Below are positions 1 through 9,332 of a stretch of 64,000 nt of DNA, piece after piece. The position numbers and the translations under genes were made by a program. A model generated the notes under the pieces. It did not search any database. It worked only from the letters and a program-made list of their open reading frames with translations, and was not told the origin of the DNA. The DNA is from Bacteriovoracia bacterium. Lineage in GTDB: Bacteria > Bdellovibrionota > UBA1018 > CAIPTA01. The DNA is taken from the NCBI GenBank assembly GCA_050246755.1, contig JBFWVL010000002.1, forward strand, positions 96,001-160,000, read 5' to 3'. Every line of letters starts with the position of its first letter. The stretch's first letter is position 1.

Positions 1-302
1 TCTTTTTACATATTTCAAAAGAGGAACAAAAGGAACGGCTGGAAGAGCGCTTGGTAAGCCGAGAAAAGAACTGGAAATTTTCCGTTTCGGACATTAAAGA
101 CCGTGAGTATTGGGGCGAGTACCGCAAAGCTTTTGAAGAAATGATGGCCGCGACGAGCACTAAGCATTCTCCTTGGCATATTATTCCGGCCGATAAGAAG
201 TGGTATCGCAATTATCTCGTGACGAAGCTGATCGTAAATACGTTATCCGCCCACGCCATGAGCTTCCCGCGCGCGAAGCATTCGAAGATCAAAATCGTTT
301 AA
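1..302 (+). CDS. ppk2: Polyphosphate kinase 2 family protein, C-terminal part (5' end outside window)
   Basis: Frame is open from the window edge: FLHISKEEQKERLEERL..KNWKFS..D...R.YW..Y..AFEEM...TST.HSPWHIIPADKKWYRN, the typical PPK2 C-terminus. Confidence 0.9.
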   Translation, partial: FLHISKEEQKERLEERLVSREKNWKFSVSDIKDREYWGEYRKAFEEMMAATSTKHSPWHIIPADKKWYRNYLVTKLIVNTLSAHAMSFPRAKHSKIKIV

Positions 303-306
303 ACGT

Positions 307-543
307 TTAGCCGACCGTTGGTGCAGGAATTTCGTTTGGCGGAGAAGGCGGCGTAGCGTTCGGTGAAGAATCGGGCAAAACTTCCGGGGGAGAAACCCCA
401 CGCTCAAATTCCGATCCTTGGTCGGGATTGAATTCCGGGGTTTTGGGCGGAGTAAAGCCTGGCTCGGCCCGGCGGTCGGGGTCGATTTCCGGGGTAGGGG
501 TGGGTTTAGGCGAGGGGGTGCCCTGGTTTAAGCTAATCATCAT
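307..543 (-). CDS. Small Pro/Glu-rich, probably disordered hypothetical protein
   Basis: AAAGGAGA directly before ATG-ATG (start 543 or 540); repeated PxTPE[I/F]xPD segments; follows the upstream acidic gene after a short gap. Confidence 0.6.
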   Translation of the reverse strand: MMISLNQGTPSPKPTPTPEIDPDRRAEPGFTPPKTPEFNPDQGSEFERGVSPPEVLPDSSPNATPPSPPNEIPAPTVG

Positions 544-558
544 TCTCCTTTTCACTGG

Positions 559-906
559 CTAGTGAGTATCGGTTTCCGCGTCGCGGTCTTCCTTAGGGTC
601 GGGGCGCTCGGAAGAGGGAGCGGTGTCTTCGGTGGTTTGGTCTTCGAGCCGGTTATCAATCGTGCGGGCCGCGGATGGCGTATCCGCCAGCACGTGCGGC
701 TCTTCGTCGTCTTCCTCGAGGTAGTTTTTTCCGATCACGGCTTCTTCCAGCTCATCGGAGGCATCGTCGTCTTTGCTGTCGTCTTCGGGCCGGGGAACCG
801 TGTGGCGGTTTTTCAGTACGCGATTAAATTCCTGCCAGTCGATATACGCAGGCTTTTCATTTTCTTCGTCGTCGAACTCATCCATTTTTTTAGCGGTGTT
901 TGCCAT
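559..906 (-). CDS. Highly acidic hypothetical protein
   Basis: The C-terminal 115 aa of ORF 559..1350 (MANTAKKMDEFDDEENE...) is Asp/Glu-rich; the upstream extension is antisense to the RNase Z gene. Confidence 0.6.
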   Translation of the reverse strand: MANTAKKMDEFDDEENEKPAYIDWQEFNRVLKNRHTVPRPEDDSKDDDASDELEEAVIGKNYLEEDDEEPHVLADTPSAARTIDNRLEDQTTEDTAPSSERPDPKEDRDAETDTH

Positions 907-918
907 AGCCTTCAAAAG

Positions 919-934
919 AGCAACTAGTATGCCA
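919..934 (-). promoter_or_regulatory. Putative sigma54 (-24/-12) promoter
   Basis: Minus strand reads TGGC-ATACTAG-TTGCT, matching TGGC-N7-TTGCW, just upstream of the ATG at 906. Confidence 0.5.
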
Positions 935-1035
935 TGGCTAGGAATGGCTTCGCCGCGGGTCAAGCAGGGCAAATTTCCACGAAAAAGGGAAAAGCGACCC
1001 GTGTGGACTGAGGCGATACGGGGTATATTTTTGGC

Positions 1036-1881
1036 ATGTCGCTGGAGCGGGGATTTTCTTGGAACTTTCAGGACTGGCAATTCACGGGCTACTCGCTCGC
1101 GGGAATTACCACGAGCGTGCTTTGCAAAAATGCCAGCGCCTGCTTTGATGTGGGCCAGGGATTGCCCTTCCAGAATTCCGCACGCCGGATTTTTCTTACC
1201 CATGGCCATCTTGATCACGCCGCGGGAATTCCTTACCTTATTTCGCAGAAAAATATGGCCGGGCAGAAGGAGACCGATATCTTCGCGCCTTCTTCCCTTG
1301 TGGGTCCCCTCGAGCAAATTTTGGGCATTTGGCAGAAGGTGGATGAGCACAAGTACACGTATTCGCTAAAGGCCGCGCAACCTGGAGAAATGATCGAGCT
1401 CGATAGGTTCTTTTCGATAAAGCCCTTCGCGACCACGCACCGAGTGCAGAGCCTTGGTTACCTTCTCTACCAAAAGAAAAAGCGGCTTAAGGAGGCGTAT
1501 CGTTCTCTGGGGCAGGAGGGGATCCTGGCGGCAAAGGCGGCCGGTGAGAATCCCAACGAAGATTTCTTGGAGCCCGCGGTGGCCTTTACGGGCGATACCC
1601 AGATTGAATTTATCGATGCCGACCCCGACTTGCTGAAGGCGAAGATTCTTTTCGTGGAAGTTACGTTCTGGGACGAGGCCAAGCCCGTGGAGCACGCGAG
1701 GAAATGGGGGCATATGCATTTCGATGAGTTACTCGCGGTGCTGCCGCGCCTGAAGAACGAGAGGATCGTGCTGATTCATGCCTCGGTTCGCTATACCACG
1801 CCTTACCTCGAGCAGATTTTACGGGACCGCTTGCCCGAGAAGGACAAAGCGCGGGTGGTATTATTTCCGAGGCCGCTCTAA
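1036..1881 (+). CDS. MBL-fold metallo-hydrolase, RNase Z (tRNase Z)-like
   Basis: THGHLDH (HxHxDH) motif, AFTGDT, EVTF..GHMH and IHASVRY, all RNase Z-type motifs. Confidence 0.8.
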   Translation: MSLERGFSWNFQDWQFTGYSLAGITTSVLCKNASACFDVGQGLPFQNSARRIFLTHGHLDHAAGIPYLISQKNMAGQKETDIFAPSSLVGPLEQILGIWQKVDEHKYTYSLKAAQPGEMIELDRFFSIKPFATTHRVQSLGYLLYQKKKRLKEAYRSLGQEGILAAKAAGENPNEDFLEPAVAFTGDTQIEFIDADPDLLKAKILFVEVTFWDEAKPVEHARKWGHMHFDELLAVLPRLKNERIVLIHASVRYTTPYLEQILRDRLPEKDKARVVLFPRPL

Positions 1882-1955
1882 TTCGGTAGGCAGTTATCGG
1901 TTGGCGGTTAAGAATTAATCGATAGCTGCGAACGGCCAGCCGCCAACTGGATTTA

Positions 1956-2630
1956 TTATCTCGTGCAAATCCGGAGGGCTTGGGTCCAGCCGGTGATTTT
2001 AGCCAGGTTCGCTTCTTTGCGGAGAACGGCCCAGTAACGAGCGCCGCCTCTCCACGCAGTTCCTGATTTTCCGCTCACCACGCCGTCGCTGCCGATCCAA
2101 CGGTTCAAGATGCGCAGGCCGCAGGCGAGGTTACGCTGCGGATCGTGCAGCTGAGAGGCGGCGGTGAAGCCGCAGCCGTAGCTATTGGCGCTCTCGATGG
2201 AGATCTGCAGCAAACCGCGGCTCACTACGCGGTTGCCGTTCGCGTCGTTGAAGGCCTCCGTATAACTTTGCGTAGGATCCTGACCGCTTTCCAGTTCGCT
2301 CATGGCCGACAGCATGTATACCCAGAAGTTTTTCTTGTCGTAGGTGTTTAGATTGCCGTAGTTGGCGCAGAAGGTGGTGATGTCGGCGGGGTTACGCGCC
2401 AGGATGCTCGCGCCCAATACTGGTAATTGATTGTAAACGTATTGGCTCCAGGCAGCCCCGTCACGGTTTTTGGATTCCCAGCGAGCGCGAACTTCGAGGC
2501 CGGGATCGCTCGGCGGCGTTACCGGCTTTTTCCCGAAGGCCATGGCGGACTGTTCGGAGGCCACCAGCAGAAGAGCGGCGGCGGCGAGGGTGGCTAGGAT
2601 CGACGGGCGTTTGTTTTTAAGTATTAGCAT
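1956..2630 (-). CDS. Secreted lytic transglycosylase (SLT)/lysozyme-like protein
   Basis: Signal peptide; ELESG (catalytic Glu), SRGLLQIS, LHDPQRNLACG. Confidence 0.75.
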   Translation of the reverse strand: MLILKNKRPSILATLAAAALLLVASEQSAMAFGKKPVTPPSDPGLEVRARWESKNRDGAAWSQYVYNQLPVLGASILARNPADITTFCANYGNLNTYDKKNFWVYMLSAMSELESGQDPTQSYTEAFNDANGNRVVSRGLLQISIESANSYGCGFTAASQLHDPQRNLACGLRILNRWIGSDGVVSGKSGTAWRGGARYWAVLRKEANLAKITGWTQALRICTR

Positions 2631-2867
2631 TGTTAATAAATATTAACTTAATTAGCGCATTGAATCAATCCGAAAGAGTCGGATATTTATTTAGTTAAAT
2701 AGAATCAAGGGGATAGCTAAACTTTTTCCGAAGAGGAAATCTCAAAGTGGGAGGATTTTTTGGATTCGTCGTCGACAAATTTCCTGCGGCATTCGTTCAG
2801 CTCTCCGCATCTTGTCCGTAACCGACCCAGGCTGTAGCGTAATCTCATACATTTTTTTGGGGGTAAT

Positions 2868-3320
2868 ATGGATATTACGGTAAACGGCAAAACAATTTCT
2901 GTTGATGCCGCGCAGGACACTCCGCTTCTCTGGGTATTGCGCGACGAACTCAACTATACCGGCACGAAATTCGGCTGCGGCATGGCCCTTTGCGGTGCTT
3001 GCACCGTGCACCTGGATGGCGAGCCAGCCCGCTCCTGCTCGGTTCCCCTTGCATCGGTGGCCGGAAAGAAAATTACCACGATCGAGGGGCTCGACGATAA
3101 AATTTCCCAGACCGTACAAAAAGCCTGGGTGGACAATTTCGTTCCCCAGTGCGGCTATTGCCAGAGCGGGCAGGTGATGACCACCGTGGCCCTGCTGCGC
3201 AAAAAGAAGTCTCCCTCTGACGCCGACATCGACGCCGCGCTCGGCGGCCATATCTGCCGCTGCGGAACCTACCAGCGCATTCGTGCCGCCGTTCACCAAG
3301 CCGCAAAGGACTTAGCGTAA
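2868..3320 (+). CDS. iorA: (2Fe-2S)-binding small subunit of isoquinoline 1-oxidoreductase/aldehyde oxidoreductase (IorA-like)
   Basis: [16 protein letters not shown] and QCGYCQSG...HICRCGTY iron-sulfur motifs. Confidence 0.92.
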   Translation: MDITVNGKTISVDAAQDTPLLWVLRDELNYTGTKFGCGMALCGACTVHLDGEPARSCSVPLASVAGKKITTIEGLDDKISQTVQKAWVDNFVPQCGYCQSGQVMTTVALLRKKKSPSDADIDAALGGHICRCGTYQRIRAAVHQAAKDLA

Positions 3321-5473
3321 TGGACACGAATAAGGAAATTACCCGGCGTGCATTCCTGCAAACTTCGGCCTTAACTCTCGGCGGCCTCGTGGTGGCCTTT
3401 CATATCCCCTTTGCCCTCAAGAAGGCATTTGCGGCGGAAGCCGCTGCCGCTGGCCTAGAACCTAATGCGTTCGTGCATATCGCTCCCGATGGCACGATCA
3501 CCTTGATCATCAATAAGCTCGAAATGGGCCAGGGCGTGAATACTTCCATGGCGCAGTTAATTGCGGAAGAGCTTGAATGCGATTGGACCAAGATCCGCTC
3601 CGTTTCCGCGCCCGTGGCCCCGGTGTATAACCACACCACCTTCGGCATGCAGATGACCGGCGGCTCTTCGGCCCTGGCTTCCTCCTGGGAGCAACACCGC
3701 AAAGTGGGCGCCACCATGCGCGAACTGCTCAAAAATGCGGCCGCGCAGAAATGGGACGTTCCCGTTTCGGAAGTGAGCGCCAAAAACGGCTTCATCGTGC
3801 ACGCCAAAAAAGGAAAGCTTTCCTACGGTGAGCTCGCCGAGAGCGCCGCGAAACTGCCCGCGCCCCAGAATGTGCCGCTGAAAAAATCTTCCGAGTATAA
3901 AGTAATCGGCCAATCCAAAAAGCGTGTGGACGCCGCCGATAAATCCAACGGCAAAGCCGTATTCGGGATGGACGTGAGAGTTCCCGGGATGCTCTACGCC
4001 GTGGTGGCCTGGCCCCCGGGGCCCAAAGCCAAGTTTCTCTCTATGGACGAGAAAGCCGCGCGCGCTGTTTCCGGCGTGGTAGACGTGGTGAAGTTCGGCG
4101 ATCGCGTAGCGGTGCTTGGCAAGAATACCTTCGCTGCGAAGGCCGGCCGCGATGCCCTGGCCGCGCAGTGGAAAGCCGACGCCAGCCTTTCTCACGAAGC
4201 GCTCATGCAGGATTTCCGCAAGCAAGCCGACGGCAAAGGACTCGTGGCCGAGGAAAAAGGGAATGCCGAGCAGGCCCTCGCTAAAGCGAAAACCAAGCTC
4301 CAGGCCGAGTATGAATTTCCCTTTCTCGCCCATGCGCCGATGGAGCCGCTCAATTGCACGGTGAGCTACGATGGCAAGACCGCGGAAATTTGGTCGGGGC
4401 ACCAAATGCCCACGATCGACCAGCAGACGGCCGCGCAAGTATTGGGTCTTAAGCCCGAGCAGGTGACCGTGAACACCGTTTACGCCGGAGGAAGTTTCGG
4501 CCGCCGTGCGAATAAAAATTCCGACTATATAGTGGCGGCCTGCGAGCTCGCCAAAGTGGTGAAGAAGCCGCTCAAGCTCGTGTATACCCGCGAAGACGAT
4601 ACCCGCGCCGGCTACTACCGTCCCATGAATTTCCACCGCGTAACGGTGGGGGTGGGGGAAGATAAAAAACTATCCGGCTGGAACCACCGCCTCGTGGGCC
4701 AGTCGGTGATCGGCGGATCCGTATTCGAGCCGATGATGGTGAAGAACGGAATCGAAGCCACGGTTTCAGAAGGCATTACGGAATCAAAGTACGAGCTTCC
4801 GGATTTCCGCTGCGAAGTTACGCGCGCCGAAACCCCGCTCACCACCCTCTGGTGGCGTTCGGTGGGCCATACCCATACCGCCTACGTGATGGAAACCATG
4901 ATGGATGAGCTGGCCGAGGCCACCGGCAAAGATCCGCTCAAGATGCGTAAAGAGATGCTGCAAAAATCTCCGCGCCATTTGGCGGTGCTAGATTTACTCG
5001 CCAAGCAAACGGGCTGGGGCACGAAGAAGCCGCCCAAAGGAAGGGCCTGGGGATTGGCCGTGCACGAATCGTTCAATTCCGTGGTGGGGCAGATCGCCGA
5101 AATTTCTCTCGACGAGAAAATGCCAAAGGTTCACCGCGTATGGGCGGCCGTGCATTGCGGGCAGGTGGTGAATCCCGAAAGCGCAAAAACGCAGGTGGAA
5201 GGCGCGATCGTGTATGGCCTATCGGCGGCGCTGCGGGGAGAAATCCGGCTCGAGGGCGGAGAGATCCAGAACGGAAATTTCATCGATTATCCCGTGATGC
5301 GGATCCAGGATATGCCGAAAGTAAACGTGGAGTTCGTGAAGACGGACGACGCGCCTACTGGTTTGGGCGAACCCGGCCTGCCGCCGATCGCTCCGGCCGT
5401 GGCGAACGCTTACTATAAGCTCACGAAGAAGCGCCTGAGAAAGCTGCCTTGGAGCAAAGAGCTCGAGGCTTAA
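3320..5473 (+). CDS. iorB: Molybdopterin-binding subunit, xanthine dehydrogenase family (IorB-like), Tat-exported
   Basis: TRRAFLQ Tat motif, [27 protein letters not shown]; TAATG coupling to iorA. Confidence 0.92.
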   Translation: MDTNKEITRRAFLQTSALTLGGLVVAFHIPFALKKAFAAEAAAAGLEPNAFVHIAPDGTITLIINKLEMGQGVNTSMAQLIAEELECDWTKIRSVSAPVAPVYNHTTFGMQMTGGSSALASSWEQHRKVGATMRELLKNAAAQKWDVPVSEVSAKNGFIVHAKKGKLSYGELAESAAKLPAPQNVPLKKSSEYKVIGQSKKRVDAADKSNGKAVFGMDVRVPGMLYAVVAWPPGPKAKFLSMDEKAARAVSGVVDVVKFGDRVAVLGKNTFAAKAGRDALAAQWKADASLSHEALMQDFRKQADGKGLVAEEKGNAEQALAKAKTKLQAEYEFPFLAHAPMEPLNCTVSYDGKTAEIWSGHQMPTIDQQTAAQVLGLKPEQVTVNTVYAGGSFGRRANKNSDYIVAACELAKVVKKPLKLVYTREDDTRAGYYRPMNFHRVTVGVGEDKKLSGWNHRLVGQSVIGGSVFEPMMVKNGIEATVSEGITESKYELPDFRCEVTRAETPLTTLWWRSVGHTHTAYVMETMMDELAEATGKDPLKMRKEMLQKSPRHLAVLDLLAKQTGWGTKKPPKGRAWGLAVHESFNSVVGQIAEISLDEKMPKVHRVWAAVHCGQVVNPESAKTQVEGAIVYGLSAALRGEIRLEGGEIQNGNFIDYPVMRIQDMPKVNVEFVKTDDAPTGLGEPGLPPIAPAVANAYYKLTKKRLRKLPWSKELEA

Positions 5474-6175
5474 TTATTTTGCGCGAAGGCACTGATCGAT
5501 AGAAGTGCCGTTTTTGCTGTAGCAGGATTGAAAGCCCGCGTCAGCGCGCAGGCATTGGTCGATCGAAGTTCCATTCTTGCTGTAGCAATCCTGAAAGCCG
5601 GCCTTTGCCGGAAGGCACTGGTTCACCGAAGTTCCGTCTTTGCTGTAGCAGGATTGAAAGCCTGCGTCGGCGCGAAGGCATTGCTCTACCGAAGTTCCGT
5701 CCTTGCTATAACAATCTTGAAATCCTGCCTTCGCTTTGAGGCACTGGTTTACGGAGGTACCGTTCTTGCTGTAGCAGGATTGAAAGCCCGCTTCGGCGCG
5801 GAGGCATTGGTCTACGGTAGTTCCATTTTTTGAATAGCAGTCGTTGAAGCCTGCCTCGGCTGCCAAGCATTGGTTTACCGATGTGCCATTTTTGCTATAA
5901 CAGTCCTGAAATCCCGCCTTCGCTTTGAGGCACTGGCTCACCGAGGTCCCGTTCTTACTATAGCAATCCTCGAAACCCGCTTCTGCTTCAAGGCATTGGT
6001 TGATGGAGGTGCCGTTCTTGCTGTAGCAAGATTCGAATCCGGATTTCGCTTCGGCGCAAACGGAGGGGCTCCCGCCTTTCGAGACGCAAGATTCAAAGGG
6101 GGAGCTGGCGATATTCCGGTTGCCCGTGGCGCAACCGGCGAGGGCGAAAGATAAAATAGCGAGTGCAATTTTCAT
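5474..6175 (-). CDS. Lipoprotein made of cysteine-rich 21-aa tandem repeats
   Basis: Lipobox LAGC; nine copies of GFxxCYSK[N/D]GT[S/T]xxQCLxAxA plus one degenerate copy; GGAGG RBS. Confidence 0.85.
   Translation of the reverse strand: MKIALAILSFALAGCATGNRNIASSPFESCVSKGGSPSVCAEAKSGFESCYSKNGTSINQCLEAEAGFEDCYSKNGTSVSQCLKAKAGFQDCYSKNGTSVNQCLAAEAGFNDCYSKNGTTVDQCLRAEAGFQSCYSKNGTSVNQCLKAKAGFQDCYSKDGTSVEQCLRADAGFQSCYSKDGTSVNQCLPAKAGFQDCYSKNGTSIDQCLRADAGFQSCYSKNGTSIDQCLRAK
5480..6045. repeat. 63-bp imperfect intragenic tandem repeat (about 9 units)
   Basis: Recurring TTGCTGTAGCA-like segment at 63-bp spacing; encodes the 21-aa repeat. Confidence 0.9.
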
Positions 6176-6221
6176 AGGTCCTCCAGAATCTAGTATGCCG
6201 GAGGTTTTTAGACTTGAAAAA

Positions 6222-6773
6222 TTAATTCGGGCAAGCCGCTCCGGTGGCCACCCATTCCGCCACGAGCCTGCCGAATTCTTTTTGGGTACCCGGCACCGGC
6301 GCTCGGTCCCGTCCCGGATTCCATCCCCATCCTACCAGCGGGTCTTCGGCATTGTGGGCGATGAACTTTTCCATGCTCATATGGGTTCGCTTTGTGTCCT
6401 TAAATAAAACACATAGCTCGTGATCGGTAAGGCCCTGCCAAGCAAGACTGCGCGGAGCGAGCGCCCATTTCGGTGCGCCCGGCACGTTGGAGGGCGCGTA
6501 GTTGCTGGTGCCGTGGCAGGTTTGGCATTTCATCGCCACCGCGCCGTGGTCGTCGATCCCGCGCTGCACGTTCATGATGTGCTGGTGCATGTCATCTCCT
6601 TGCGTGGGGCGGTCTCCGCCGGGATGGCAGTTCAAGCAACGGGGGTGGCGAAAAACCTTCGTGGCTTCTAAAAATAATCCCACCGATTTTTGTCGCTGTT
6701 CCTCGTTGGAGTCCGGCAGGCAGAAGGCGATCACGGGCATTAAAAATAGAAGAAATAGATAAGGCTTTTGCAT
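6222..6773 (-). CDS. Exported diheme c-type cytochrome-like protein (type often annotated as isoquinoline 1-oxidoreductase subunit)
   Basis: Two CxxCH motifs (CLNCH, CQTCH), N-terminal signal, HPRC and WGW.PG..R segments; lies next to the Ior/Xdh genes. Confidence 0.75.
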   Translation of the reverse strand: MQKPYLFLLFLMPVIAFCLPDSNEEQRQKSVGLFLEATKVFRHPRCLNCHPGGDRPTQGDDMHQHIMNVQRGIDDHGAVAMKCQTCHGTSNYAPSNVPGAPKWALAPRSLAWQGLTDHELCVLFKDTKRTHMSMEKFIAHNAEDPLVGWGWNPGRDRAPVPGTQKEFGRLVAEWVATGAACPN

Positions 6774-6816
6774 AGAACATCCCCCTCCCTGATCTTCCGC
6801 GAGAGAGGAGTGGAGT

Positions 6817-7797
6817 TCAATGTGTCGATTTTGCGTTGTCGATGAGTTCAGCCACGATGCTGAGGGCGATCTCCGCGGGATTGCGGCAGTTCAGGCGCAG
6901 GCCGGCGGGGGCGCGCACCTGTTGCAGGAGTTTTTCGGGAAATTTCTCGGAGCGAAGGTGTTCGAACACGAGCCCGGCTCTTTTGGGGCTGGCCACCATT
7001 CCCACGTAGGCCGCGCCGGCCTGGAGCGCCTCCTTGATATAGATGTGATCGCCTTTATGGTGGGAGGCCACTACCACGAAACTATTGGCGCGCACATTGA
7101 GGCCGGCGTAGTTGGGGCGGGCCGCTTCCGCTTTCACGGTGCTGGGATAAAGATCCTTTTCGAGCTCGAGGCCGTAGACCCTCGTGTTCCAGCCCAGGAG
7201 CGCGCCCAGTTTTGCCAATTCCTGGGTGATGCGGCTATGGCCGAGGATGAGAAACTCCGACGGGGTGGAGGGCAAGAGGCTGCGTTGCCCGGCGAGGGGC
7301 TGGAAATCCAATTTGCGGGTTTGCGCGAGACTGAGCGCCAGAAGAAAAATTTGATCGCGGAGCTCTAGTTCGCCGCTGTTTTGATCTGCTTCCTTTTCAA
7401 AGTGCGGCAGCAGATCGAAGTGCTCCGCGAGAGCTTGCAGCGAAAGTGAACGAGCGGTGGGCAAGGAAACTTTTTCCTGAGGAAGGCGAGGCTCGATATA
7501 GATTTCCATCTTGCCGCCACAGGGCATGCCGAGGCCGAATACTTCATCGTCGAGGTCAGCCAAAATAATTCTTGGGCTTCTCTCCTGAATCGCCTCGAGC
7601 GCGTTGGTGAGGGTGAAACTTTCGGCGCAGCCTCCGCCCACCCAGCCCCAGAGATTTTTCCCTTCTTGGGAAATTAGGCATTTCGATCCTGGCTTGGCCG
7701 AAGCCGATCCGATTACTTTTATCACGGTGGCCAGCACGTAGGGAGTTTGGCTTGCCTCGAGCTCGCTCTGCAGCCTTAAAAGTTCGAGATCGCGCAC
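6817..7797 (-). CDS. xdhC: XdhC/CoxI family molybdenum-cofactor insertion chaperone
   Basis: GWVGGGCAE, GMPCGG.MEIYIEP, YVGMVAS..R, APAGL....P.EIALSI. Confidence 0.88.
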   Translation of the reverse strand: MRDLELLRLQSELEASQTPYVLATVIKVIGSASAKPGSKCLISQEGKNLWGWVGGGCAESFTLTNALEAIQERSPRIILADLDDEVFGLGMPCGGKMEIYIEPRLPQEKVSLPTARSLSLQALAEHFDLLPHFEKEADQNSGELELRDQIFLLALSLAQTRKLDFQPLAGQRSLLPSTPSEFLILGHSRITQELAKLGALLGWNTRVYGLELEKDLYPSTVKAEAARPNYAGLNVRANSFVVVASHHKGDHIYIKEALQAGAAYVGMVASPKRAGLVFEHLRSEKFPEKLLQQVRAPAGLRLNCRNPAEIALSIVAELIDNAKSTH

Positions 7798-8372
7798 TGG
7801 TAGTCCTCCTTCGTATCGATATCAAAAAAGTAGGCGCTTTCTTCGGTAGTCCAGAGACGAACGTTGTCCTTATGCGATTGGAATAAATAGTGGGCCCCGC
7901 GATCATCATCGGCGCGGGCGAGAATTTCCGGTATATAGCGGCGATGGATCAGGCAGGGATTTCCGCGTTCTCCCTTTCCATTCACGGGCGCAACCAAATC
8001 TTTGCCTTCCGAGCGCGCGATCGGCCAGATTTCGAGGAGTGCACGGAAGTGCCTTTCTTCTAGAAGGGGCTGGTCGGCCAGGGCTACGCAGAAATATTCA
8101 CACTCGGCGTCCAGCAAAGAAACTCCGGCGCGGAGGGAGCCATGCATGGGCGTCCCGGCGGGTACGGAAACCACCCGGAATCCATCCAGGTGATTTTTCT
8201 GCTCGGAGGAAAGCACCAAAATTTTTTTCAGGAAGGGGACCTCCCGGATCGCGGCGGCGGATTTTCCCAAAATGGTAGTTTCTCCGAACGGCAGCTGCAG
8301 CTTATCGCGGCCCATGCGCCGGGAGAGACCGGCGGCGAGGAGAATGCAGGCGTTTTGTACTTGATGCGTCAC
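7776..8372 (-). CDS. mocA: Molybdenum cofactor cytidylyltransferase-like nucleotidyltransferase (MocA/MobA family)
   Basis: LAAGLSRRMG.DK, LADQP, GNP, DIDT.EDY; adjacent to xdhC. Confidence 0.8.
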   Translation of the reverse strand: MTHQVQNACILLAAGLSRRMGRDKLQLPFGETTILGKSAAAIREVPFLKKILVLSSEQKNHLDGFRVVSVPAGTPMHGSLRAGVSLLDAECEYFCVALADQPLLEERHFRALLEIWPIARSEGKDLVAPVNGKGERGNPCLIHRRYIPEILARADDDRGAHYLFQSHKDNVRLWTTEESAYFFDIDTKEDYQCAISNF

Positions 8373-8411
8373 CTAGGGCAGAGTACTTTTCTCCCTCCCG
8401 GGGAGCAAGGC

Positions 8412-9332
8412 ATGGACAAAAAAATCGAGCTGGTTGGGCGCTATGCGGCGATTTTGGCTCTCATCGAAGTGTCTTTGGGATCCGTGCTCCATTCTTTTCA
8501 CGTTCCGTTCAGCGGCCTCTTCCTATCATTGAATCAGGGATATCTTTTATGCCGCGCCACGATCGAGGGTGCCAAGCTCGGCATGGGCCGTGGAGTGGGC
8601 ATGGGAATTTCCAACGTGGCGGCCGTGCTGAAATCCCTGGCTCCGGCCGGAAAAAAACTCGGGCCTATGCTCAGCCTCAGCATGCAGGGATTATTTTTCC
8701 AGGTGGGCATAGGGATTTTCGGCCCTGGCCTCGTGGGCCTGATGGTAGGGATGGCGCTGCTTTCCCTTTGGGCCTTCGTGCAGCCGGTGATCACGTACTA
8801 CTTATTTTTCGGGTCTCGCTGGTTTGCGGCCCTTGATTTTCTTTACGAGAAAACCGTACCCTTCCACGGAATCACTCTTCATAAATTGTTTTGGGCCTTC
8901 GCGGGGATCGTGGCGGCGAAGATGACGTTTGCGGCGGTGCTCGCCGTGCTGGCCTGGAAAAATTCCGGCGGATCAAAATTCCAGGATCGTTTGCTCACGC
9001 TCGCGGTGGAAAAAGGAGCTAGGCCGCTCGAGGGAAAGCCCGGAGCGAAGCGAGGAAGCGCAGTTGGGCTGGCGCTGCGCGATCTTACCAATCCGCTATT
9101 CGTATTTTCGCTGGCGGCAACAGCTTTTTTTCTCTATTTTTCGGAAGATGAGGCGGGCGCCAAAATTTGGATTTTCCTGCGTCCGCTGGCGATTGGATTT
9201 CTCTTTTTTTATTTTTCGCGCACGCTATTGCTCGATCGTTGGCTCGCGAAACTCGAAGGCACGCGCTTCGCGCCGTTCGCGCAGGCCTGCCAGGCGGCGC
9301 TGCAGGAGCTGCGGCGATTTACGAAAATTTAG
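8412..9332 (+). CDS. Multi-pass membrane protein of unknown function
   Basis: GGAG then ATG at 8412 (MDKKIELVGRY); several hydrophobic segments. Confidence 0.7.
   Translation: MDKKIELVGRYAAILALIEVSLGSVLHSFHVPFSGLFLSLNQGYLLCRATIEGAKLGMGRGVGMGISNVAAVLKSLAPAGKKLGPMLSLSMQGLFFQVGIGIFGPGLVGLMVGMALLSLWAFVQPVITYYLFFGSRWFAALDFLYEKTVPFHGITLHKLFWAFAGIVAAKMTFAAVLAVLAWKNSGGSKFQDRLLTLAVEKGARPLEGKPGAKRGSAVGLALRDLTNPLFVFSLAATAFFLYFSEDEAGAKIWIFLRPLAIGFLFFYFSRTLLLDRWLAKLEGTRFAPFAQACQAALQELRRFTKI

Noticed and set aside
2631-2867. Moco riboswitch upstream of iorA
   Set aside because: I could not identify the conserved multi-stem pattern by eye; an Rfam scan would be needed
5480-6045. 63-bp periodicity as a CRISPR array
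   Set aside because: The whole unit repeats in frame with synonymous variation, there are no unique spacers, and no cas genes are present; it is a protein repeat
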